Notes under the pieces: generated by a model
What the model was told of the DNA's origin: nothing
What the model saw: the letters and a program-made list of their open reading frames with translations, nothing else
Databases searched by the model: none
Shown: one piece after another, positions 1 through 8,221 of the stretch
How the letters are laid out: each line of letters begins with the position of its first letter
Numbering within the stretch: the first letter of the stretch is position 1
Position numbers and translations under genes: made by a program
Assembly: GCA_965222375.1 (NCBI GenBank)
Contig: CBDCTZ010000013.1
Location: forward strand, 736,001-800,000
Origin: Polyangiaceae bacterium
Lineage (GTDB): Bacteria > Myxococcota_A > Polyangia > Polyangiales > Polyangiaceae
Length of the DNA stretch: 64,000 nt
Reading direction: 5' to 3'

Positions 1-316
1 TATCGCAATCCACCACGCCCAGGTCGCCGATTGAATCCCCGACGTTGAAGCCCACATTCCCAGCGGGTGCGGAGCAGTGCTCGGGGCCCCAGTTGTTCGT
101 CGACGTGCCACCGGCGCCTGCTGAGGAGCCCGCGGCGCCTGCTGAGCCCCCAATCGCGCCAAAGCCGCCCGTGCCGGTGGCGGCGAATCCGCCGCTGCCG
201 GTTGCGGCCGTTCCCCCACTGCCCGCGCCGGCGCTGCCCGAAGGGCCACCGGACGAATTGCTGCTGCAGGCTGCCAGGAAAAACAGGCTGACCAAGGAGA
301 CGATGGAACTTCGCAT
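1..316 (-). CDS. Lipoprotein with Gly-rich linker, partial (runs off the window start); possibly a redoxin-like domain follows
   Basis: Manual translation from ATG 316: MRSSIVSLVSLFFLAAC (lipobox), Gly/Ser/Ala linker, then GNVGFNVGDSIGDLGVVDCD. Not in the ORF track because there is no stop in the window. Confidence 0.7.
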   Translation of the reverse strand, partial: MRSSIVSLVSLFFLAACSSNSSGGPSGSAGAGSGGTAATGSGGFAATGTGGFGAIGGSAGAAGSSAGAGGTSTNNWGPEHCSAPAGNVGFNVGDSIGDLGVVDCD

Positions 317-491
317 GCCGTGCGTACGCGCCCCACGGGCTGAGGTTTCAGCGAAAACGCTTTTTCTTCGGCTCCGCGGCCCGGCCGAGGGCAAATCCGG
401 CGGTTCGCAGGCGTCCCGCACCCCGGGTTTCCGCATCGTGGCCTCAGCAAGCCCGTCGAGGCCTGGAGTCGTCGGCGTCGAGAGACCGCAG

Positions 492-927
492 TCACAGGAG
501 TTCGGGGTGGTTTGCTTTGACCCAAGCCAGCGCGCGGTCGCGCAGACTCGTAGCAAAAGCGATCATTTCTTTTGCCTCCTGATCGGATACGGCGCCAACT
601 TGATCGTAGACGTTTGTGTGGCGCTTGCGGCGGCAACGGTCCAGGAAGGCTACTTGCTTGGGGTCGAGGCCCAGGGTGAACTCCAAGCATTCGATGGTTC
701 TCATATGCTTGTTCTGTCGTTCGGCCTGAAACCCCGCGACAGCTAGGGCCATAGTCGCCAGCTGCAGCGCTGCGTTGTACGCGATCGCGAACCGCCACTC
801 CGAGCTGAGACCGGCGGTTTGGCTCTGCGCGATGTCGCGATCGACGATCGCGCGCACCTTCGACTTCCTCGCGCGACGTCGAGTGCGGGCGAATCCAGCT
901 ATTGTCGAGATAACGCTGCAAACTCAC
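492..927 (-). pseudogene. HEPN-like partner of the MNT protein, apparently frameshifted near 858
   Basis: 492..857 encodes ...WRFAIAYNAALQLA...RRKRHTNVY (HEPN-like R-x4-Y region). A plausible N-terminus MSLQRYLDNSWIRPHSTSREEVEG starts at GTG 927 in another frame. Confidence 0.65.
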
Positions 928-1510
928 GTTCGCCCCCGATCAAGAACAGTTTTTCACGCGCGGAAACCTTGGTCAAAAAATGGTTTCGCGGAGCGAGCTT
1001 GGCGGCTAACTCCGCGGGCGTGTACACCACTGCGTTCACCTCGCGGCGAGTTTCTTCCTCCGCGCCGCGTATTGCGTCGACGACTTCCGCAAACGTTACG
1101 TCTCCAACAACGAGCAGGTCGATGTCACTGTGTTCGTTCTCGGTGCCTCGAGCCAACGATCCAAAAATGAAGGCGACCTCGATGCGATCGGTCAGCGGCA
1201 CGAGTGCTTGCGCCAAGACCGCCGCAGCTCCCAGTGTCTTGCGCACGATCGTCCGCAACTCTTCGAAGATGGGGCATGCAGCGTCAGCTTGAAAGTAGAC
1301 GTGCTGGCCATCGCGGGTTCGTCGGATGATGTTCGCGCGAGAAAGCCGCTCGAGTTCTCGCTGGATGCTGCCGACGCCGAGTCCCGTCAGCGACACGATT
1401 TCCCGCAAGTAGAAGCGCCGATGCGGTTGACCGAAGAGCAGCCCCAGCACGCCCTGCCGCGCCTTGGGGAAAAGGGCGGCCGGTATCGCACTGGCGACGA
1501 ATGAACCCAT
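899..1510 (-). CDS. wHTH + minimal nucleotidyltransferase (MNT) protein, putative antitoxin/autorepressor
   Basis: N-terminal HTH (FYLREIVSLTGLGVGSIQRELERL) and Pol-beta NTase motif FGSLARG...SDIDLLVVG; overlaps the HEPN-like gene start. Confidence 0.85.
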   Translation of the reverse strand: MGSFVASAIPAALFPKARQGVLGLLFGQPHRRFYLREIVSLTGLGVGSIQRELERLSRANIIRRTRDGQHVYFQADAACPIFEELRTIVRKTLGAAAVLAQALVPLTDRIEVAFIFGSLARGTENEHSDIDLLVVGDVTFAEVVDAIRGAEEETRREVNAVVYTPAELAAKLAPRNHFLTKVSAREKLFLIGGEREFAALSRQ

Positions 1511-1541
1511 TATGGGTACATTTGTACTCGAATTGAGTACA
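1502..1541. promoter_or_regulatory. Two tandem 19-bp palindromic operators at the MNT start
   Basis: TGAACCCATTATGGGTACA (1502-1520) and TGTACTCGAATTGAGTACA (1523-1541), 21 bp apart. Confidence 0.7.
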
Positions 1542-1657
1542 CCTAGCAACCTTCGCCAGTGCCGGGGCCTGGCCCCGCACTAGACTAGGGGCCCAACGCC
1601 GCCCCGGCGCCACGACCCCAACCAACCAACACCATCAAACGCCGGGCTGATTCGACT

Positions 1658-2686
1658 TCAGGGCTTCCAGTCCGGAGGCGGGCTGGGGACGGGGATGCAT
1701 TTCTGCTCGGTGGCCAAAGCGCTGTAGGCGCTTTCAGCGGGATAGGAATAGCCGAAGAGCATGCACATTTCGTTGTCGCCAATGCCTTCGACGATGGTCT
1801 TGTTGTGGGTGTTCTTCCAGGTGCAGCCAAAGCGCCAGCCGTTGCCTTGGGAAAGGTCGATGGCGGGCTCGTAGGAGTAGATGTCACTGGCTTCGTCGAA
1901 ACCGGTGTCTTCGAGGAAGATTTCGCCGTCCTTGTCGCCGCCCACGTAGCTGATGAAGAAGCGCTCGCCCAGGGCATGCATGTGCGGCATCGCGTCGACG
2001 ATCTTCATGGGCTCGCCGATCCAACACTCTGTTTCGACGGAATGCTCACTCTTCGGGGGAATTTCGAAGTCCTGAATCGCCCAGAAGAATGGCGCGATCT
2101 CCTGAGTCACGTCCTCCTCAGGCACGGTGAACCACTCGTACTTGGGGGCGACGGTGATGGGTTTTGCGGACGTGTTCAGGTAGTGCAGCCGGGCAACGAT
2201 CTCGTAGCCATCCTTGATGCGATAGGCCTGACCTGGACTGAAACGACGCCACTCGGTGCCGACCAGCTGCGTGGAAGAGCCGAAAAGGACGCTGCCCCCA
2301 CCAAGCACGTCCCCGGCTTCGCCGCCGAAGACTCCACCCTTGCCCTTTTCGCAGGGGCGGATCCCTTCACCGGTCTTCTTGCGAGTGGTCAGATTGCCGT
2401 GATGGAGGCCAGCGGTGGTGGTCAGGCTGGCTCCGCCCACGAAGCGACTCGGCCCGTTCAGCTCGAGGGGGAAAACCCAACACGGAGTCTTTTCGTCCCC
2501 GGGCTGCAGCGTGATTTCCGGGACCTGAATCGAAAAACCACCGATCGCGTTCGGCGGCGGTCCCTGCCCAGGCAGGGTGCCCGGCATGCCAGCGCCGCCG
2601 CCAGGCGTCGTCGGCTCGGACTCGGACCCACAACCCGACAGCAACGCCAGGCAGACAGCCGGTAGAAAAGGAATCAAGTAGCGCAT
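1658..2686 (-). CDS. Lipoprotein with copper type II ascorbate-dependent monooxygenase-like (PHM/DBH) fold
   Basis: Lipobox LLSGC; GLHHG, LHY, MPHMH and NEMC copper-ligand motifs. Confidence 0.75.
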   Translation of the reverse strand: MRYLIPFLPAVCLALLSGCGSESEPTTPGGGAGMPGTLPGQGPPPNAIGGFSIQVPEITLQPGDEKTPCWVFPLELNGPSRFVGGASLTTTAGLHHGNLTTRKKTGEGIRPCEKGKGGVFGGEAGDVLGGGSVLFGSSTQLVGTEWRRFSPGQAYRIKDGYEIVARLHYLNTSAKPITVAPKYEWFTVPEEDVTQEIAPFFWAIQDFEIPPKSEHSVETECWIGEPMKIVDAMPHMHALGERFFISYVGGDKDGEIFLEDTGFDEASDIYSYEPAIDLSQGNGWRFGCTWKNTHNKTIVEGIGDNEMCMLFGYSYPAESAYSALATEQKCIPVPSPPPDWKP

Positions 2687-2780
2687 GACTCAGCAGGCGA
2701 CGCCGCCTGCATCCAGTGTGACGCATTTCGGCGCTGCCGCGCAGTTCTATACGTTCTGCATTTACAGAATGCAAGTCGCG

Positions 2781-2838
2781 AAAAAAACCCGACCACAAAA
2801 AGGGTCCAGGGCGACCCGGTCACCCGGATCGCCCTGGA
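2781..2838 (-). terminator. Intrinsic terminator closing the minus-strand non-coding transcript
   Basis: Minus strand: UCCAGGGCGAUCCGG-GUGA-CCGGGUCGCCCUGGA (15-bp stem) followed by CCCUUUUU and a second U7 tract. Confidence 0.75.
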
Positions 2839-2849
2839 GGAAGTTTACG

Positions 2850-3480
2850 TTTTGCCGATGGTGGACGTCTGTCCCGACATTTCTGCCTCGCATGCATCAG
2901 CCTCCCTCGACACGCTTGCTGCGTTCCGAAGGCATCATCATCTCAATGTGGGCTCTCTATCCCCAGGACCCGCCAATTCGCGCTGGCTTGATCCGGGCAG
3001 GGAGCAGAGTCGTTAGCTCGTGCTCGCTTCGGCGAAGAGCGCCGACGATGCACCTCTGTTTCTACATCCGCCACATTTCTGCGACGGCGCGTGTGCTGAC
3101 CTCCCGCGTCGAATCGACTGGAAAAGCCTTTACCGCCATAACCGCTCAGCCTCTGACGTTTTATGTCGCCTCACAGACACCGCAGGCAGCGCTTCAGTCG
3201 CTGCTCACAGCTGGCTAATTCGTCGTAAACGCTTGCGCGCTCCGTCTCGAACTTCGCATTCACCTGCTTGGCCAGAGCTGCGCTGACACCGAACGGATTA
3301 AGATCAGTGCTGCTCACAACTCAAAACGCCTCGAACCGTACTAGACAGGAACCCCGCAGGTTACCCCGCGGATCGACACTTATCGTTCGTTGTTCACGAA
3401 TTAACAAGCATCGCGCACCCGTTCGCCTGACTCGCACCGCGACAGTTCTTTCAAAACTGCCTCGGCCACCATCGTGCTAG
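2850..3480 (-). ncRNA. Candidate large structured ncRNA B (~630 nt), family not recognised
   Basis: Ends pair (2856-2864 with 3466-3474); GUAA, GCAA, UUCG and GAAA-containing hairpins with G-U pairs favouring the minus strand; no credible ORF. Confidence 0.6.
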
Positions 3481-3554
3481 ACCGCATGTTACGTGCGCCT
3501 TACGGCACTCGCTCACACGGCCAAAGATGCGTCCGGCCGGTTCGTGCAACCCAC

Positions 3555-3570
3555 ATGTCAAAGAAGAGCA
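3555..3570 (-). promoter_or_regulatory. boxA-like antitermination sequence upstream of ncRNA B
   Basis: Minus strand UGCUCUUCUUUGACAU resembles the rrn boxA (UGCUCUUUAACA). Confidence 0.4.
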
Positions 3571-3669
3571 CCCGAATTCATATGTGAAAATCTTCCCGCG
3601 CAAGGCGAGAGATGAGCGCTTTCACTTCACGGCAAGAAGCGCCCGCTTCGGTCGGCAATGAATAGATTT

Positions 3670-4400
3670 GTTTTTACCTCTCCGAGTTCAACCAACCGCT
3701 TTTTAGGCGTGTTGAATCCGGCGACGTAGAGGGCCGACCTCTGACGCCTTCGTCACCGCCACTTCCGAACCCCGATCTCTCGAAAGCCCTTCCGTGACGA
3801 CCAAGACCGCCTCCACGACCCATCCGTGAAGATGAACCGCTTGCAGCAACCCAAGGCGCCTTCCACCGACGAGGAGACTTTCTAGGTCCCTTTGCGAGCT
3901 TAAGGTGAGAACTCACGTCCCCTGCCCGCTCACGACGCCATTTCGCTCGCCCCGATGTTTCCACCCGGGTTCGCTAGATTCTGCCACTCGCCCTAGCCGC
4001 AACCAGGGTTTGCGTCCGAATCCGACGCCGCTCGTCAACTTCTGCTTTCAAAACACATGATCGAGCACACCAACTCAGCTCGACTCCTCACACGGAACCA
4101 CGCTTTAACGCATCCCGCTGCCCCAAGCCCGAGGGCTTGTTGCCGTGAGCGACACGACACCGGAGTTACCCCCGGCTGGCCCGCGAAGGACCTGCCGCAT
4201 CGGCCGAGAACAGTGGAGCCAGCTGTGCGTACTGCGACGCAGAGGCCGACTCGTGCCGTTCTCGAACACCTCTTTGTCGCGAGTCATCTGCCGGTCCGGG
4301 GCTGAAGTTAATTCATCCGGCGGCCAGGATGCTCGCCAAGGCCCCTCCGCTTCACCGTCCGCGCGAACGGAACAGGCTGGCCGAGAGACCGAGGTGTCTG
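3670..4400 (-). ncRNA. Candidate large structured ncRNA A (~730 nt), family not recognised
   Basis: Hairpins CCGGGG-GUAA-CUCCGG (4160-4175), GGUG-GAAA-CAUC (3951-3969), CAAGCC-CUCG-GGCUUG (4124-4139); long-range ACACCUC/GAGGUGU pairing; no credible ORF. Confidence 0.5.
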
Positions 4401-4553
4401 ACTACTCTAGGGGGCCAAGCCGAGGGCAAGCTCGGCAGGACCGGGACCGCCTATGAACCCCCACCCGCGCTCACGCGCTCAGTCGTTCGGTTTAGGTGGG
4501 GAGGTCAGTCCGCACGCCATTTTTCGCTCGGATGCTGGAGGGCGTTGAAGCGC

Positions 4554-4576
4554 CCAACTGCCCACTGGGCAGTTGG
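4554..4576. promoter_or_regulatory. Perfect 11-bp inverted repeat, probable protein-binding site
   Basis: CCAACTGCCCA-C-TGGGCAGTTGG. Confidence 0.5.
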
Positions 4577-4779
4577 TCCCAACTGAAATCCGGCGGTGGT
4601 TCTACCGTGTCGGTGGAAAAGGCTTGCGACCTTTCCGAACCCGACCGGTGCTCCACGGCGCCCCTGGGTTGTCAACGAACCGTTCGCTTGTTGGCAGATG
4701 TGCCGCGAACTTCCGAAAACAGTTATGCCTCGAAGGGCCCATGCTGCGCAACACAAAACAACTTTCGTTTCGGAATTTG

Positions 4780-4799
4780 TTATCCACAGGCTATCCCCA
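4780..4799 (+). promoter_or_regulatory. DnaA box pair
   Basis: Perfect TTATCCACA at 4780-4788 and degenerate CTATCCCCA at 4791-4799. Confidence 0.5.
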
Positions 4800-5049
4800 G
4801 GTTGATGATGAGCGCCTCGACGTGGGCGCGGAGCTATTGATTCAAGTGCTTGAAGTCATTGCTAATTGTAGCGAGTCGCAGAGTTCCGCCGAGCGCCATT
4901 AGCTGCACTGTTGCATTTGTTTATATCATTTGTTTATCGTGTCTTAAGTCAATAAGAAAGCGTGTTTGATGCTTCGTCTGAGCAGAAGCTTGGCGCCGGC
5001 TGACGGCATCGCGCTCAAGGATCTCCAAACAGCACCGTTCAGCTGATTC

Positions 5050-6324
5050 ATGGTGGCCCACGCTCCGAGCTATGCCCTCACACCCCAAACAGCAGTGACC
5101 GAACGACCCCGGAGTGAACGGACTACATCCGCCCACCCTGCGCCTCACAGCATCAGCTCCGTTTCCCGCACGGCCAAGCGTGGCTCGGTGCTTGTCGTGG
5201 ATGACGATGCCATGCTGCGCCGCAGTCTCGATCGCGCTCTGTCCGCGGAAGGCTACGAAGTCGTGACATGCCCAGACGGTCACTCCGCCATCGCGCGCCT
5301 GATTGAGCGGCCCGTGGATGTGATCGTGAGCGATATCGCGATGCCGGGAATGGACGGGATCCAGCTGCTCCGCGAAGTACGCACCCACGACCTTCACGTA
5401 CCGGTCGTCCTGATCACTGGCGAGCCTGCGGTGTCGACCGCAGTTCAAGCGCTCGAGTACGGAGCGTTCCACTACTTGACGAAACCGGTGGACCCCCACG
5501 AGCTGGACAAGGTCATCGAGCGTGGCGCACGCCTTCACCGAATGGCCCAAGTCAAAGAGCAAGCGGCCGAGTTGCTCGGAAACCGTGGGGGCAGAGCGGC
5601 GGATCGTGCGGGCCTGGAAGCCAGCTTCGAGGGCGCACTGGCCACGCTCTGGATCGCCTACCAGCCCATCGTTTGCGCGCGAAACCAGACCATCTTCGGC
5701 CACGAGGCGCTGCTCCGCAGCGATGAGCCCAGCCTACCTCACCCGGGTGCCGTCATCGACGCGGCCGAACGCCTGGGGGAACTGCAAAAACTCGGCCGCG
5801 CGATCCGAGATCGTGCAGCTGTGCCTGCGCAGGAGCGGCCCCATGCTGCGAGAACCCTATTCGTCAATTTGCACGTCCACGACCTGCTTGACCCGACACT
5901 GGTCAACCCAGACGCGCCCCTGTCGAAGATCGCTGACCGAGTCGTGCTGGAGATCACCGAGCGCTCGAGCCTCGACGAGGTCAAGGACGTGCGCAATCGC
6001 GTACTGGCACTCCGGGAGATGGGTTTCCGAATCGCCGTCGACGACCTGGGTGCAGGCTACGCAGGACTAACCAGCTTCGCTCAGTTGGAGCCGGAGGTCG
6101 TGAAACTCGACATGAGTCTAGTGCGCGACGTGCACCGCTCCTCCACGAAGCAGAAGGTCATTCGGTCGATGGCCAGGCTGTGCCAGGACATGGGAATGCT
6201 CGTGGTCGGTGAGGGCGTCGAGAACGCCGAGGAGCGCGATACGCTGATTGAGCTGGGCTGCGACCTGTTGCAAGGCTTCTACTTCGCGAAACCCGCACGA
6301 CCGTTTCCGAGCGTGAGGTTCTGA
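5050..6324 (+). CDS. Response regulator with EAL c-di-GMP phosphodiesterase domain
   Basis: REC (VVDDD, SDIAMPGMDG, KP) plus HEALLR, DDLGAG, KLD, EGVE, QGF. Confidence 0.93.
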   Translation: MVAHAPSYALTPQTAVTERPRSERTTSAHPAPHSISSVSRTAKRGSVLVVDDDAMLRRSLDRALSAEGYEVVTCPDGHSAIARLIERPVDVIVSDIAMPGMDGIQLLREVRTHDLHVPVVLITGEPAVSTAVQALEYGAFHYLTKPVDPHELDKVIERGARLHRMAQVKEQAAELLGNRGGRAADRAGLEASFEGALATLWIAYQPIVCARNQTIFGHEALLRSDEPSLPHPGAVIDAAERLGELQKLGRAIRDRAAVPAQERPHAARTLFVNLHVHDLLDPTLVNPDAPLSKIADRVVLEITERSSLDEVKDVRNRVLALREMGFRIAVDDLGAGYAGLTSFAQLEPEVVKLDMSLVRDVHRSSTKQKVIRSMARLCQDMGMLVVGEGVENAEERDTLIELGCDLLQGFYFAKPARPFPSVRF

Positions 6325-6325
6325 G

Positions 6326-7405
6326 ATGGCTTTGCGCTCCTATGCGCCACCGTCCTTTCAGCCTGAGTCCGGGGCGCGCTCCGCCCTCTTGCCGGAGCCG
6401 CCGCCCTCGGCTGCCTACCCAGCCTCGAGTACGGGAACGACCACGCCAGAAATGGCCGCTGTGCGCGTGCCCGCTTCGGACATTCCTGGCGACAACCTCG
6501 ACTCGTGGGAGGAAATCACGGACGTCGCGCGCCTCACGGAGGTTGGAGAGCCCCCGGCGGCAGTGGATGGCCGGGATCGGGCAGTGCTTCTGCGCGCTGA
6601 CGGCGTGGGTGCGGGACAGGTCCTCTCCCTAGGTGCAGGAGGCGCCGTGGTGGGGCGAGCACCGGACGCAAGTATCCACCTCGATGACGCAGGAGTGAGC
6701 CGCCGCCACGCCCGCTTGACGCCCACACTGTCGGGACGCCACTTCATCGAAGACCTCGATTCGAGCAACGGTACCTTCGTGAGGGGTCAACGTGTCGAAC
6801 GCGCCTGGCTTCAGGATGGCGACATGATCCAGCTGGGGCCGCGCGTCAGTTTTCGCTACGTCGTAGTCGATCAATCCGGCGAGGCGCTGTTTCGCCAGCT
6901 CTACCAGTCCAGCGTCCGGGATTCTCTGACGGGAGCGTACAACCGCCGACACTTCGACGAGCGCCTGACCGCGGAGCTCGCCTACGCGGATCGGCACAGC
7001 ACTGATCTATCCCTGGTCTTGTTCGATATCGACCACTTCAAGAAGGTCAACGACAACTTCGGTCATCCTGCCGGCGACGCCGTTCTGTGCCACGTCGTCA
7101 AGCTGGCTCAACGCGAACTTCGAGCGGAGGACGTCTTTGCCCGCTACGGTGGCGAGGAGTTCGCGATGTTGCTGCGAGGGGTTGGGCCGTCAGGCGCCGT
7201 CCGCGCAGCAAGTCGCATTCGAACGACGATCGAGGCAAACGCGAGCCAACACGAGGGCCGCATGATTTCTGTGACCGTGAGTGGCGGTGTCGCGTCGTTG
7301 AGCGAGACCGCAGAGCGCTCGGCTCAAACCCTGGTCGGGCGGGCAGATGCACGGCTGTATCGGGCCAAGCACGAGGGCCGCAACCGCATGATTTCGCGGG
7401 GCTAG
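6326..7405 (+). CDS. FHA-domain diguanylate cyclase
   Basis: FHA (GR...VSRRHA...SSNGT) plus DIDHFK, RAED I-site and RYGGEEF. Confidence 0.93.
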   Translation: MALRSYAPPSFQPESGARSALLPEPPPSAAYPASSTGTTTPEMAAVRVPASDIPGDNLDSWEEITDVARLTEVGEPPAAVDGRDRAVLLRADGVGAGQVLSLGAGGAVVGRAPDASIHLDDAGVSRRHARLTPTLSGRHFIEDLDSSNGTFVRGQRVERAWLQDGDMIQLGPRVSFRYVVVDQSGEALFRQLYQSSVRDSLTGAYNRRHFDERLTAELAYADRHSTDLSLVLFDIDHFKKVNDNFGHPAGDAVLCHVVKLAQRELRAEDVFARYGGEEFAMLLRGVGPSGAVRAASRIRTTIEANASQHEGRMISVTVSGGVASLSETAERSAQTLVGRADARLYRAKHEGRNRMISRG

Positions 7406-7534
7406 GGCGCTCCCGCCAATCGGAGGCGCAGGGTCTGCGCCACATTGAAGGAGCGCTCTGAGGGAAATCCATTTCTCGGTGGTCTTTTCTACGGATTCTG
7501 GGTACACGCTCAGAAACCGGAAGGAAGCGACGAC

Positions 7535-7726
7535 GTGGCCCTCGAACTAGAAGCACTGAAGTCCGAGCGTGATCAGCTGAAGAGCAAGCTGCGAGAACTC
7601 GAGACCGAGCAGCGCAAGATAGAGGCGGAACTCAAAGGCCTGCGCCAGAAAGAGATCCAAGCCAAGCGCGAAATTGAAGCGCTGAACACGCTGATCGACA
7701 TCCACGACGTTCGCAGCGACGACTAA
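7535..7726 (+). CDS. Small coiled-coil protein
   Basis: GTG after a GGAAGGAAG RBS; heptad-rich E/K/L sequence. Confidence 0.65.
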   Translation: MALELEALKSERDQLKSKLRELETEQRKIEAELKGLRQKEIQAKREIEALNTLIDIHDVRSDD

Positions 7727-7807
7727 AGAGCGGCCGGACAGGTTCACGCCTTTCAGGGACGCGCACTCACGTTAGTACGGCACGCCCAAGAACCCGATGG
7801 CGCCAAC

Positions 7808-8221
7808 TCAGAGCTTGGTCTTGCCTAGAGCCAAGATGCGCCGGAAGTGCGCGGCGCTCAGAGGAACCACGCTGAGGCGGCTCTGCTTGACCAGAGCGAT
7901 GTCCGCCAAGCGCGCGTCGCCCTTGATCTGCGCTAACGTGACGGGCTGACCGAGCGCCTTTACCGGTGCAACGTCCACGACGGACCAATCGCCTTTTTTG
8001 GCGGTTGGGTCGGGATAGGCTGTCTTGGCGACTTTGGCGACCCCCACCACCTCCTTGCCAACCACGGAGTGGTAGAAGAGCAGCAGGTCGCCCTTTTTCA
8101 TCGCACGGAGGTTGTTGCGAGCGGTGTAGTTCCGCACGCCCTCCCACATCGTTTTCTTGTCGCGGACGAGATCCGCCCAGGAATAGGTGTTGGGCTCGCT
8201 CTTGACGAGGAAGTACGCCAT
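7808..8221 (-). CDS. EVE domain protein
   Basis: MAYFLVKSEP...WEGVRNYTARN...LFYHS...YPDPT...SRLSV; ATG overlaps the upstream TGA. Confidence 0.92.
   Translation of the reverse strand: MAYFLVKSEPNTYSWADLVRDKKTMWEGVRNYTARNNLRAMKKGDLLLFYHSVVGKEVVGVAKVAKTAYPDPTAKKGDWSVVDVAPVKALGQPVTLAQIKGDARLADIALVKQSRLSVVPLSAAHFRRILALGKTKL

Noticed and set aside
2858..3120. tmRNA reading of RNA B (UCCACCA near the 3' end, GAUUCGAC inside)
   Set aside because: No T-arm before CCA, no matching acceptor stem and no tag reading frame found.
2685..4902. Short ORFs in the long intergenic region (e.g. 2685..3218, 3674..3964, 4496..4840)
   Set aside because: No recognisable motifs and no clear RBS; better explained by structured RNA or regulatory DNA.
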